Positions 23,332 through 36,385 are shown, counted from the first letter of the whole stretch. The stretch: 60,300 bases of DNA, filler included, from Globobulimina sp. (GCA_003354225.1; 14 parts of 14 records of this genome joined end to end with filler, not necessarily neighbours in it); one strand, 5' to 3'. The notes: generated by a model not told the origin, from the letters alone. Numbers and translations are program-made.

Positions 23332-24465
23332 TTATACAAAAGTAACAAAACGTTGCTGCGGATTGTTTACAGAAAAACGACAACAAACTTTGAACCATTT
23401 ATTCATGCAAGCTTGAAATGTCTCAACTAAATGACATTCTTTACCCATTTCCAAACAGGAAAATCTCACTTTTTTGAAACAAAAGGCATATTTTGTCGCT
23501 AACAACATTGCGAATATGTCGGCAATTGAATTTATATCATTTCCAAACTTGCCACATCCAAATGCACCTAAAATAACTGCGTCATGTTTATGCTTAACTG
23601 CAATATCCAATATTTTAGCAATTCTTTGCTTCATCGTATCATGAACAATCTTTTCCGATACATTATATTTTTGATTGCTGTTTCGTTTCATAAATTCTTT
23701 GCAATTAACAGCTGGCGATGAGATAAATGAACACAAATAATAGTCATCCAATAAATTATTATTATGGTCTCGGAATATTGGGACATTTGGTGAATAAATC
23801 ATAGAGTCTGAATACAACATTTTCACTTTTTTATCTGTCAAATTCTTATGGTATTTATAAAACTCATTTTTATATTTTATTAATGTGCCATATAACGAAC
23901 TACATCGACACAAGGATTCTTCCTGAGCTTTGCCACCATTTTTGAATGAGCCGCCTGGAGATTGTGCAGAGGCAAAATTGAGTGCAACGGGATTGTTTAT
24001 AGCTGGATCACTGCAGAATGAATAACATCCATTCAATGTGGTTTCATTTGTAATTTCAATGTGCATTTTACTGAATTTGTTTTGTTTTTGTATTTCCTGA
24101 AAGTTATATTGCCCGATATCATTATTATGGTGATATAATATCGTTTTTTCAAATGAATTATTATGGGGTTTTTTAATGTTTATTAATTTGTTACTATTTG
24201 TTTTATAATGACCATTTGTTAGAATGTTTATGGTTTCTTTTGCAATGTTTTTATTCTGATCATCGGATGAATGGTTTAATTGTATTTGCAAAGATCTTTT
24301 GGTTGTAAATAATATTTGTGGCTCAGTTAATTTTGGTAAATTTGAATTGTTGGTATTATTTGTTTTGAATTTTTTATGTGGTGGTGGTGAACCGATATCA
24401 TACTCTTGACATAATCTTTGATAATCTTCAAAAGCTTCAAAATAATCACGGTTTCGTTTCAACAT
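23332..24465 (-). CDS. TIGR02452/DUF2263 bacterial-type poly(ADP-ribose) glycohydrolase-like protein
   Basis: LNFAS..PGG.F..G..AQEESLCR.S.LY, IYSPNVP.FRD, ILGAFGCG.FGN. Confidence 0.9.
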   Translation of the reverse strand: MLKRNRDYFEAFEDYQRLCQEYDIGSPPPHKKFKTNNTNNSNLPKLTEPQILFTTKRSLQIQLNHSSDDQNKNIAKETINILTNGHYKTNSNKLINIKKPHNNSFEKTILYHHNNDIGQYNFQEIQKQNKFSKMHIEITNETTLNGCYSFCSDPAINNPVALNFASAQSPGGSFKNGGKAQEESLCRCSSLYGTLIKYKNEFYKYHKNLTDKKVKMLYSDSMIYSPNVPIFRDHNNNLLDDYYLCSFISSPAVNCKEFMKRNSNQKYNVSEKIVHDTMKQRIAKILDIAVKHKHDAVILGAFGCGKFGNDINSIADIFAMLLATKYAFCFKKVRFSCLEMGKECHLVETFQACMNKWFKVCCRFSVNNPQQRFVTFV

Positions 24466-24480
24466 TGTTTCGCCGTTTTT

Positions 24481-24522
24481 TGCATCACCGTTGACACGGT
24501 TTGCATCACCGTTGACACGGTT
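24481..24522. promoter_or_regulatory. 21-bp tandem duplication containing an ACCGT-TGAC-ACGGT palindrome, in a divergent promoter
   Basis: TGCATCACCGTTGACACGGTT x2, between the divergent starts at 24465 and 24571. Confidence 0.5.
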
Positions 24523-24570
24523 TATAGTATAAGAGTTTACAGTAAAAACAGCTTAATCTGTTATTAGATC

Positions 24571-25796
24571 ATGGCACAGCTTACAAACTGTGATGGATCT
24601 CAAAATGATCATGTTTGGCCAACAGCATTGCTATTGAACCAAGAAAATGCAATGAAATTCAAATGCATAAAGTATGTAAACACGTACTTGGGTGCAACAC
24701 ATATATATATATATATTGATATAATTAAGATGCAATGCGATTCCTTTGGTATGCATGGAGAATGAGGAAGGAGCGATTTTGTGCTGTTGCTGTGCAAATA
24801 AAAAGGACAATACAACACCAACAGCACTTGGACAGAGAATGGTAAATGGATTAAAAACCAAATGTTTGAGCATTGCACAGTATGCTGATAATAAAGAAAA
24901 TGATGATAGCAAAGCAGAAGGAGGTGGAGGAAATTTAATTGCCACGAAATCCAACAAAACAGATGAATGTGATTGGACGGGAATGATTGTAGAATGGAAA
25001 GAGCACAGTCAACAATGTCCATTCCTCGTTGTTGAATGCAAAGAGTGTAAAACATTTAAATGTAAAAGAAAATTATTGGATGCCCACAGGGCACAATATA
25101 AATTTCAACATTTATCATACAAATTTGATGCTGTTACCACTAAAGTTATGCCTTTGACTTTATTTCGATCGATATTAATATCCATTCAATATATACTATG
25201 ACAGCTCAATGAAAGAATAAATAAAATGCAAGCACAGTTAGAAATATGTAATGCTTTTAATATTGAAGAAATGGAATTTATTTATCACAATGATTTTGAT
25301 GAAAATGGTATTGTATATTTCCTGGGCTCTGATGAATGTAAATCAGATTGGAAAAATCCGGCAGAAACAGGGTCAATTAAAGTAAATGCGAGCTCAATTA
25401 AACATAGTTCAGGACCAAAATATTATTTTATTGGTCGTGAGCAAGCTCGTTGTTTAACTGCTGGAGATGACGAAAATCAGTGGTTTTCTGTAGATTTTGG
25501 GGCATTACAAATAAAACCAACATATTATCCGTTGAGACATTACAGTACAGCGCACCATTCATGTTTACGTTGGTGGGAATTTGAAGGAAGTAAAAATGGT
25601 TCAGAATGGATAAGAATTAAAAAACATGAAAATGATCAACATTTAAACAAAAAAAGCGCATCACATTCATGGGATATAGAATGCAATCAATCTTATCCAC
25701 AATTTAGGATTAGAATCACAGGAAAAAATAGTTATGAAAGTTGGAATGTATGTTGTTCTGGTTTTGAAATATATGGTTGTTTACTGATGCCTAAAA
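24571..25796 (+). CDS. Multi-exon protein: Cys/His zinc-finger (TRAF-like) region plus F5/8-type C (discoidin-like) domain
   Basis: CDWTG...WKEH...CPF..VEC..C; Y..DFDENG..YFLG...W.NPA; PTYY.LRH; W.FEGS.NG..W; FRI..TG.N; GFEIYG. Confidence 0.7.
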
Positions 25797-25896
25797 NNNN
25801 NNNNNNNNNNNNNNNNNNNNNNNNNNNNNNNNNNNNNNNNTTAATTAATTAANNNNNNNNNNNNNNNNNNNNNNNNNNNNNNNNNNNNNNNNNNNN

Positions 25897-27387
25897 TTTT
25901 GGTAAAACCAGCGGCCGCGCAACTCGCGAAAGCCTGCGTCTTTCATCTTTTTCTTGCGAAAGATGTTCAACAATTGCTCCTCTTCCGGGATATCCAAATC
26001 GGCACTGTTGAAAGTCGAGGAATTGTCCCAGATACAGTGAATGCGGTATTTCTCAAAATTCAACACACATTTACTGGTTTTGTACGCGGCCGCACCCATA
26101 GTGTATAAATGGTTGTTGTCGAAGGTATTTTCGCCGAATTTGTCGTTGCGGAGGTCTCGATATCTTCTTTTTTGTTTTCCGGTGGTCCCTTCCATGGCTT
26201 GTTTGCGTTGTAACACGAGGTGGTTTGGAATCGGTGGGTCAAACTCGACTAAATATTTATGGACAGTGTTCTCCAAAAAATCGCCATCGATGTCATACGA
26301 GTTGGTGAGCACATGGACTTTCTGCAAATTTGGAGGATAGGTCTCCAATGGGGGCGCTTTCGCAAACGAGCTGCCCTGATCTTGGTAATATTCTTCGCGG
26401 ACTTGTGCGTTTTTGCAGTCGTCGGGAAGATGGAAACTAGTCTTTGCTGGGCGGTCCGCGGTACCACGAAGAAAATAATACGGTTTGCCCAAACTCAAAG
26501 ATTCAATCTCTTGCCAGTTGTTGGTAAATATTTTCACTTTGACTTGTTGCGGACCCTCGACATCCATTTCTGAAGTTTAGTTTGTGGTTTTTGTATTTGG
26601 TGGGTTTGCCAGAAAAATAAAATTGAAAGATATTGGACATACCGTTTAATTTGGCGACTTGAATGAGTAATTCGTCAGAGGCATCATCATGAAATCTTTG
26701 CTGTTTATGTGATTTTTATTGGTTGTGAAATATTTGTATGTACGAAATTGTTTGTTAACTGATGGATCCATATGGCCTTTAAAACCCGTATTTCGATTAC
26801 CGCCACGACCACGACCACGGCCACCACCACGACCTCGATAGCCACCTCCACCACGACCACGGTAACCACCGCCGCCACGATAGCCACCGCGATAATTATT
26901 ACTACCTCGGCCACGATAATTATTGTTTGGATGGTTATTATTCGGGCATTCTCGAGAAAAATGGCCGTGTTCGCCACATTTAAAACAACCGCTTCGATTA
27001 TTGTTGTTGTTGTAGTTATTATATTGTCCTCTTCCTCGATGGTTATTATTGCTGGAATTGTAATTTTCTTTCCCGCCTCTCCCTCTGCCTCGACCTCGAC
27101 CCATCCCACGACCTCCACCTCCACCTCTACCCACTCCCATTCCTCTTCCTCTTCCTCTTCCACGATAGCCACTATCATGCATTGTATTGCTATTATTGTA
27201 ATTATTAGTGTATGGTCTTCCTCTTCCTCTGCCTCCTCGACTTGCGCCTCGATTTGCTCTGCCTCTGCTTCCTCCGCGTCCACGTGCTCCATTTTGATTA
27301 TTGGTGGACGGCTGGATAGTTATTTTGTATGTGTTAGGTCAGACCGAATCAGAATAACTTAACGAATCGGTTCCGAGCCGTATTCAT
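25897..27387 (-). CDS. Piwi/Argonaute-family protein, 5' part (RGG-rich tail, CCHC knuckle, N domain); truncated
   Basis: V.VLTNSY.I...VHKYLVEFDP...R...FD...LY...QLLNI.RK.M...F....RWFY matches the Piwi N/L1 region. Upstream are RG repeats and CFKCGEHGHFSREC. Short introns at ~27312-27363, ~26701-26759 and ~26570-26642 give an in-frame splice. Confidence 0.75.
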
Positions 27388-27422
27388 ATTCAATACTCAA
27401 TTTAAAATAATTGGATCGTATC

Positions 27423-27423
<1 letters not shown>

Positions 27424-27452
<29 letters not shown>
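27424..27452. repeat. (GATT)n microsatellite
   Basis: About seven copies in the Piwi/kinesin divergent intergenic region. Confidence 0.9.
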
Positions 27453-27453
<1 letters not shown>

Positions 27454-27718
27454 CCACAAACTTGCTGGTCTGAAGCCGAGAGAATTGTAAAAGGAAAGGA
27501 TGATGTTTGGTAAAGTAATTAAAGCAGGTTTTTTTTTGGAGTTCGGTATATTTTGTAACATATTTATTGTTTCAAGCATGATCACGTAAATTCATTGCAT
27601 ATGCATCAGAATGGTGGTGGTTATACAAGTTGACGCATAGTGCGCTAATTTATGAGTTTGGTAATCATAATGTAATTATAATTAATAATATTTAATATCT
27701 ATATAGTGATTAATTACT

Positions 27719-30110
27719 ATGCAAAACAACCAAAGAATAAATGAATTGTTATCCGCAAACAATGGCGGCCCTATTCTACCGATCCGAGATGTTAATATTG
27801 ATTTTAGCAACGCATTCAATGCCATCCGAAATATGAATCTATTGCCAGCAACTTCATCTGTATCAGCATCGGTGTCTTCATCTGCGCCATATATTGACAG
27901 CCACATTTCACATTCATTTGATGATAACATAAGTATCAAATCATCACAATCAGTTCGACAAAATACTAAGAATAATTATTTTATTCCAGATAGTCCATTA
28001 TCTATTTCTTCACAACCAATCAAAACGAAATCGCATAACAGATTTGTAGACAATTTGTACGAAAGAAACAATAATGTCCGACCGTCATACAACAGACACG
28101 GTTTATCCTACGATAATACTCCAAACACCATCAAAAAAAGAAAAAAGAATCGACGCTCACGAAGTCAAACACGATTTCGTCCAAAACCCAAACATAAAAA
28201 AAATAGTTATAAACGTAACTATGTATCAGCACAAGATATAAATTCGAATTTTAAGGTTGTTGTACGTGTTCGTCCGCCATTACAACGCGAATTGCAATCA
28301 CCATTAGGATTTGGCTATATTGCTCGTGTCGGCGATACACAAAAAAGTATAGCGATTTCAGAAGGATTTCAATCTGATATGGCAATGCCAAACAACTGGA
28401 TACATAATGTACATAAGTTCACCTTTGATAACGTATATCCAGAGACCGCAGATCAAAAATATGTGTATGAAACCACTGCCAAACAATCGGTATTATCCAC
28501 ATTAAAAGGTTACAATGCGTCCATCATTGCATATGGCCAGACCTCAGCTGGTAAAACATACACAATGGAAGGCTTTGACAGTGAAAGATTGCGAGGTATT
28601 ATACCCAGAGCAATTGAGGAAATCTTCAATTTTATTCAAGAAAAAGCGTCACCGACTATGAGATTCTTAGTCCGTGCCTCTTATCTACAAATTTATAATG
28701 AAGTCATCTCAGACTTATTAAAATCGGATCGCAATAATTTGCAAATCAGAGAAGATAAAAAAAAAGGTGTCTATGTGTCCGGTTTAAGTGAGTGGGTAGT
28801 TCGTTCCTGTGAAGAAATCTACGGTTTAATACAACGCGGTTCCTCTGTTCGTGCAACCTGCGCTACAAAATTAAATGAAATATCTTCGCGGAGTCATGCT
28901 ATATTTATGATCATTGTGGAACAGAATGAGATTACCAGCGAGAAAGGACAACCTGTCAATAATATAAAAATTGGTAAATTAAATTTGGTGGACTTGGCAG
29001 GCTCGGAAAGGGTGAGAGTATCTGGTGCGGAGGGACTGCGATTGGAAGAATCAAAGAATATTAATCAGTCATTATCAGCATTAGGTAATGTCATATCTGC
29101 TTTAACCGACTCAAAGAGACGCAAACATATTCCATATCGCGACTCAAAATTAACCCGAATTTTAGAAGATTCGTTAGGTGGAAATTGCAAAACTACAATG
29201 ATGGCGATGATATCGCCCGCATTGGAACATTATTCAGAAACAGTTTCGACATTAAAATTTGCGAATCGTGCGAAAAATATTAAAAATATTGCGGTTATCA
29301 ATCAAGATTTGAATGAAAAAGCGTTGCTGCGGAAATATGAGAAAGAGTTAAAACGATTAAAAGCTGAATTGGCAGAAAAGTCAAAGAATGTGGTGGATAA
29401 AAGTAAATTGATTGAATTAGAAGAACAGCGCAATAAAGCAATACAATATTTGGAAAAAATGAGTCATGATTTGGAGAGAGAGAAACTGGAAAAACAACAG
29501 TTAATAAAACAAATCGAAGAAATGAATTCACAGTTGATTTATCAACATAATAATGAGAATACTCAAAAGAATCTCAATCTCAATATTCAAAATAATCAAA
29601 ATAATAATAGACAGAGATTAGTTGAAGACTATGAAGAGAAATTGAATGAGATTGAAGCAAAAAGAAGCAATGTGGAGGAGGATAAGGTTCAGGTTCAAAG
29701 ATATAAACAGTTATTAATGAAACAAAGAGATATTATGATACAATTAACTTCGCGATTAAATGACAGAGATCAGTCGATTTTGGCATTGCAGGAAGAATTG
29801 GATGCTTACGATAATCAGCAAACAATGATGGAAAATGTATTGGACCAAAAAACGGTAAAATTAAGAAAACAGCAGAATTATAATATTAATAATATTAACA
29901 GTCAGCCAGTTTTATTCTCGGCATCGAGTGACGAACCAATAACGGATAACGACAACAATAACAATAACAATAATTATATCAATCCGTTTCATGATCACGA
30001 AGACAAAACTTCATTGGAATATTTACTGCGAAGTCGCATAAACGATATGGTTCGGAAAGAAGTAGATATAAAATTGTCGCAACAAGAGAGCCGATTATTA
30101 GAATGGAGAT
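27719..30110 (+). CDS. Kinesin motor protein with coiled-coil stalk, 3'-truncated
   Basis: VRVRP, YGQTSAGKT, SYLQIYNE, NEISSRSH, LVDLAGSE, HIPYRDSKLT. Confidence 0.97.
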
Positions 30111-30418
30111 NNNNNNNNNNNNNNNNNNNNNNNNNNNNNNNNNNNNNNNNNNNNTTAATTAATTAANNNNNNNNNNNNNNNNNNNNNNNNNNNNNNNNNN
30201 NNNNNNNNNNTGTCAGCATACTAAGCGGAATATTCAGACAGGATACTTAATGATTCAACGCTTGAGCACTCAAAGGTGGCCTTTTGGCATAACACTGGGT
30301 AACCTCTCCCTGGTAAGAGGGTGCACGTGGGAAACTCTAGCATCTACTTTCATACAGTCATACATAGTCGAATATAAACAACTCGAGTAACTAAGTAACT
30401 AACTAAGTAGTCAAATGT

Positions 30419-30873
30419 ATGTACGGTTATATGATATATGGCGCTTCCACATTTAATTATAAATCAAATTATATATGTACTGCTCAAAATTTAATTATAA
30501 AAAATGGCGCTTCCACATTAATTGCGGACAAATCATACATTGGAACATTAATTATTCGTCTTCCTATTCTGACATTTGAAGGAGGCCAATTAGTGATTGG
30601 CCCACAAAGAGGCAAATGATGATCATACCTTTTTCACAATGGATAAATAGTGGTGATTATGATGAGGATAACAAAGAGTTTAAGTCATTGTATTGGGCTG
30701 CAATCCGAAAAAGTTCTGAATACAAATTGAATGATGTCAGCAAAGGATATAGAATGACAGTGGAATACGGAATTCATTCAATGATAGAGGCGACAACACA
30801 TAATGAGCTCATAACAACTATAAAAGAACAAGTTGTAAAGGGTTTGGTTGCTGACTACACTTTGCTTGAATAA
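30419..30873 (+). pseudogene. Fragmented 2OG-Fe(II) oxygenase-like remnant
   Basis: IGTLII.LP...FEGGQLVI and WAA...V.KGYR.T..Y pieces lie in different frames, with a local duplication of ATGGCGCTTCCACATT. Confidence 0.4.
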
Positions 30874-30926
30874 CTGAATGGAGATGCAAAAGAAAACAAA
30901 AACTTAAGACTCACTTAAACTCACTA

Positions 30927-32086
30927 ATGTCACTGAATATAGAAGCACAAGAAATTTTAACTGACAGCGCATTTGATGAAGAAGAAAAGGGCGCTAAAAT
31001 AGAAACACAACCATTGTCAACAGACGGTGTCGGAGTCAATAACAGTCGCTCAAAAAGATCAAACTCAAAACTACAAACCTTTGATGCAACAAAGCTGAAT
31101 GACCCTGATTTTTATACCGCCGGTACAGTCCGTGAAGTGGGCTCCTTTTGGTATATCGATCGATTGTCGAACATTGATTTAGTCACAGAATCAATGGAAG
31201 GCTTAATTGAATTATGTTTATGTTGGCAAGCATCCAAAGCTGAATATATAAGATATAAAACAATCGAAATGAATGAGGAAGACACAGACACTTTAAATTA
31301 TAAACCAGATTGGATCCCAACCTTTGTTATAATGAACGGAGATTGCGAGAAGACATTAAATCCGGACTGGCATTTTAAAATATTAACCGTCGGAGACACT
31401 GATTACTTTGGCAGCGTTATTACAAACGCAAAATATAAATATTTTAATACATTACATTACGTAGTATCTCAATGTATGACGATCAGGGTTTTGGTCGATT
31501 AAATATGCGGATCAAAATTGAGCGGATATACGGTGTTTGGTTCTGGAAAATATTTTTTTTCCTATTCTTTATTCAACTGAGTACTTTTGGTGTATTTACA
31601 ATTGACGCAGACTCGTTAGGTGATAGATATTCGTTGCTGTTCACTTTATTGTTGGCATCGGTTGCTTTCCAGTTTGTGGTTTCCAGCTCATTGCAGAGCG
31701 TCAGTTATTTGACATTATTGGATGGCTACGTATTGAGCGCATTTGCGTTTTTGATTGGCGTTTCTATCGCTGTTTATTTTTTGGCCATATTGGAACCCGA
31801 CGACCCAAAGGAATGGGATAATTATGTCATTTATTTCACCGCCTTTGTTTTTGTCATTGTGCATGTTTTCTTTTTAGTGAAATGTTGGAGAATGCATATG
31901 TTTGAATTGACAAAAATTAATATGGACCATTTTGATTATCAAAAAAATGGATTTTATGATAAATTGCCGGAGGAAACATTGGTGTTTAATATGAATAAGT
32001 GTTCGTCGATGAATAAAGAAATTAAAAAATTGACCAAAGGTGGAGATAAAAGATGGAAGGAAGTTACACGATGGGGACCATATTAA
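30927..32086 (+). CDS. Pentameric ligand-gated ion channel (Cys-less type), disrupted or with a tiny intron
   Basis: ECD motifs (NIDLV.E, L.W, WIP.F...N), then four TMs: R..G.WFWKI, LGDR..L.FTLLLA.VAF, L..VSYLTLLD.Y. Frame change at ~31460-31500. Confidence 0.75.
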
Positions 32087-32223
32087 ATATTTCAATTATT
32101 CCATCTTTTCTTTTTGTTGTATTTATGTACATTTTTTTTGTATACTTTCTCGTACAAAAACGTTTTCATGGTTTGTTAAGCACTAAAAAGGACTATCTTT
32201 TCAGTGGATACCGTATATCGATC

Positions 32224-33608
32224 ATGGGTTGTTTGTGTGATAAAACAGATCGAGATCGAGAGCCTGAGCACAAAGAAGATGCAGAGACGACGAGTTTGTT
32301 GAGTTTATTTGACAGAGAGTATGACGAATCTTTACAAGAAGAATTAATAAAAATCTCCAAAGTTGCATGCAAAAAAATGAATTGGCATAAATTGAGTGAT
32401 AATTGCTTTGAAGTGAAAGTATTAACAGGCGGACTGTCCAACAAATTATACACTATAAAAATCACCGACAACACAGACAACGCCGTACCAACAGATAATT
32501 TAATTGGTGTCATTCGAATATTTAATGCCCGGACGGAACTAACATTTGATGAAATATTTAATGTTTATGCTGCATTTTATGAATCTGGAATTGGCACAAA
32601 TGTCTATGGCCGATTTGAGAACGGCCAAATCGAAGGATTTATAAACGGGAAAAGTATGTCAGACATTGAATTGAGAAGAAATTCAGCATTGTATTTGAAC
32701 ACAGCACAGATTTTATCGACAATTCACTCGATTAATGGCTTAAAATATTGTGCCACATTCGATGCGACAAAAACAAAAACAAATGCAACATTTCAAAAAT
32801 ACTTATTATTAATTTCAAATATATTCGAACAAGAAGTAAATCGGCAGTCAGACTTTGAAAAATGGCAGTTTATGCGGATGGATTTGGAGGCAAAATTAAG
32901 GTAAAAGTGACTTAGTGAAATGGAGCTATGTAGGCAGCAATTTATATGATTAATATTCCATAACTCCATCTCACTAAATTCACCACGACTCATTAAGCAA
33001 TAATTTATTTATCAATATCATTGAAAAAGAGATAAAATGGTTAAATGATGAAATTATTGATTATAAATATGGCTATATTCAAGATATTGTATTCAGTCAC
33101 AATGACTTGCACGGCGGCAATATAATGAATGATAATGGAATATTAAAAGTCATTGATTATGAGTTTGCTGGCTATAATTATCGTTGCTTTGATGTAGGAA
33201 ATTATTACAATGAATGTTAAGTGATTTATAATTTTATTATATGTATTTTAATAATATATTTGAATGCGATATGCAGTGCACATTAATAATGATAGTGGCT
33301 CACCGCCCGGATTTCAAATTGATTTGAAACATTTCCCGAGTAAAGAGTATCAATATGAATTTACAAAAACCTATTTTGAGAGTCTTTTGAGTGCAGAAGA
33401 ATATGAAAAGGAAGGTCTGGATGGCAAATTGGAGGATATTTGCAATGGGATGAGACTCGGCTGTTTATTGAGCCACTTACAATGGGGGCTATGGGGCGTC
33501 AGTGAGAGTGTGCGGGCTGATCCGAGTTGGGACTATTTGGAATATGGAAGACAAAGACTATTTCATTATTATCGAGTAAAAAAACAATATTTAAATGATA
33601 AACAATGA
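32224..33608 (+). CDS. Choline/ethanolamine kinase, multi-exon
   Basis: LTGGLSN, G.G..VYGRFENG.IE.FI, FSHNDLHGGNI (Brenner motif, ~33090-33125), IDYEFAGYNYR.FD.GN, HL.WGLW, Y...RL..Y. Confidence 0.9.
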
Positions 33609-34641
33609 AATGAATGTTTTTTGCTCGGAACTCTTAATTTTATTCCTTTATTCTAAATAACAGAGAAAGACGCAATAAAATATATTATTGGTCGTCGACT
33701 AGGTAAATGTGCTTGATTTGGACATGGCTCTTTCCACAGAAACTGTACGATTTTGTGACCTTTTGTAAACAAAAAGGAAGGAACGAACAAGCAAACACAG
33801 TCAACACAAACAATTGTAGGGTCAAAATCATGCTCTGACAGGATTTCAACAACGGTGACGCTGCTTTTTTAGTTTTCACATTTAAATATCACAAACAAAA
33901 AAACAAATCAATTTTTTGGTCAATAGTTCATCTATATATTGTTTCAATTTTGTGAAGTAATGGCTAATTGTTCATGATGACCGTTTCGATTTCGATACGA
34001 ACTGATGGCTTCCAAATAACGATTCAAAGCGTTTACGTTGTCATAATGTCATTCATTGAGTGAACTTTGTGATTTTTAATGATATTAAAAGGTAGTTTTT
34101 ATTTTGAACACATTTTATAAGAATTACAGGCGTCACGTTTAATAGTTGCACAGAAACGATCATCGATCATAGGAGATTTGTTTAAGATAACACGTACTCT
34201 GTATATTAACAACTCACAATTTTATAAATAAATCACAACAAACATTATATTTTACGGTCACAAATAGGGTCATTAATTTATAAGAATCAGGTCATAATAT
34301 GGTACATTTATAATTATACAAGCCTGAATTTCTTAGAAGCAATGTTTCCATATATATGATAACAAATTGCTTTCTTTTTGGTTCCATTGTATCTTTTTTA
34401 TAATATGGTAATAGGCCAATTAACNNNNNNNNNNNNNNNNNNNNNNNNNNNNNNNNNNNNNNNNNNNNTTAATTAATTAANNNNNNNNNNNNNNNNNNNN
34501 NNNNNNNNNNNNNNNNNNNNNNNNTTCTTTTCTGAAATCATGAGATGACTCATATAAATTAAACCCAGTGCTCAATTGCAAAATAGATTTGATATATAAT
34601 ATTGATAATAGAGTGTAGACGGATGACATGGCAAACAGTGA

Positions 34642-36123
34642 ATGTCTTCAAAAAACCTGCTTAGGCTAGTTATGTTGAATGCGCTGTTGGTATTTATTTC
34701 ATTTATTTTAAAAATTACTCTCTCTCAAAATTCTCACGGCTGCAATTCCGGTTCATGTTCATTAACATCCGATAATACATACATCAGTTCACAAATTTAT
34801 TGTACAGAAAATGTGAATCATTGTTCAGTACATTGCACAACTGACTTTAATAATGGATGTAGATCCTCTTCGATTTGGTTATCAGCGACCATGAACACAT
34901 TAACATGCGATCAAACTCAAACATGCGAGGACGTAACAGTGTATTGTGGCTATCCCTACAATTCAGTCACTCCAACAGGACTATCATTGGCTGATTTTGA
35001 TGATAACACAGTCTCTGAATGTCATGTGACATGCAGTAACTACTTTGCATGCAATGGACTCAAATTATATTGCAATGGCAATATATCATTATGCACAATA
35101 ACCGCTTACAATAGCAATTCATTCAGAAATGGATTAATTGAATGCAACAACAATGATCATCAGCAAAATCAATGCCACTTAGATTGCGCATCAGCAAATG
35201 ATATGGACTGCTCTGGGACCACCATGAACTGCAATGATATGCAATATTGTTCGTGCACAGGTGCTGGCTGTCCACATGTGCAAATAAATTCAATGCAACC
35301 TACAATATCACCAATGGATATACCTACAGCACCACCAACGACCGTGTCGCCGTCGCGCCATCCCAGTACTAGTCCTACCACGGCGGCGCCCACCACTGCA
35401 GCCCCCACTACTGCGGTTCGTTCGTGTCTGTGCTTTTTATATATTATATTGTGTGTTTTTTGTGTATAGAATCCGAGCGATGCACCGACAAAGAATCCCA
35501 GTGCTGTGCCAGCACAACCAACGCCTGAGCCAACGACTGAGCCAACGACTGAGCCAACTATGATACCAATTATATCAACGTTAACTCCATCGGTATCTGA
35601 TATGGCAACGGCAATATTTAGCTCTCTCACTAGCGCGTCAACGATAAATGCGGAATCTGCAGAAATAAAAGAAAGTTCATCTACAACGGATATGGAGGTG
35701 GCTTCGGATGAGAGTGACGCAGTGAATGTGAATATGAGTGTTATTATTGTTGTATGTGCTATATTTATAATAGTTATTATTGCAATTGCGGTGTTTATAT
35801 GGTGTAAAAGCAGTAAATATTTGCAATCGAAAACTATGGCAAATACCAATATGATACATATTGCAATGAGTACTGTTGATCCAGTTACAAAGGATGTGGA
35901 CGTTATATCGGTCGCAGAACATTCACCGGATGGTATAAATGCTTTGGATGGAACTATTGCAGTGATTGAGGCACAAAGAAGCAGTGATGATGAGGATGTT
36001 TTATATAAAAATGGTGATACTCAGACTCAGGATATGAATACACAAAAAGATTCAGATTCAGACGATGAAATGTATGAAAAGGGAGATAAAACGGATGATG
36101 GAATGTATCAAACAAATCAATAA
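34642..36123 (+). CDS. Type I membrane/surface protein: signal peptide, Cys-rich domain, PT-repeat stalk, TM, acidic tail (intron ~35416-35469)
   Basis: Hydrophobic N-terminus, regularly spaced Cys, APTT/EPTT repeats and a TM helix IIVVCAIFIIVIIAIAVFIW. Confidence 0.75.
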
Positions 36124-36385
36124 AACTACAAAACCTGGAATTAGGGCCGGATTAGTTTTTAGACGTTTTAGATCCTATGTATTTTGTTATCACACAGTTG
36201 TGAAAAACAGCATAATTTGACCATCTACTTTGAACATACTAGCAACGCGTTGCTATCGTTTTTGAAACCATTTCCTTGTAAAATCTGCAGTAAGTTTCAA
36301 GTAAAAAAATCTTTAAATTTTCCAGTTTCAAGTTAATGTCAACGTGAAAAGGTTTCAAGAATATATCCAACCTGAAATTGACGCT

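Noticed and set aside
26705..27362. Overlapping 195-196-aa ORFs on both strands
   Set aside because: Shadow frames of the low-complexity RGG/Asn coding sequence.
30211..30350. GC-richer, possibly structured segment (rRNA/snRNA?)
   Set aside because: I could not match it to any RNA family by eye. It would need an Infernal/Rfam search.
35169..35849. 226-aa minus-strand ORF
   Set aside because: Antisense shadow of the PT-repeat membrane protein.
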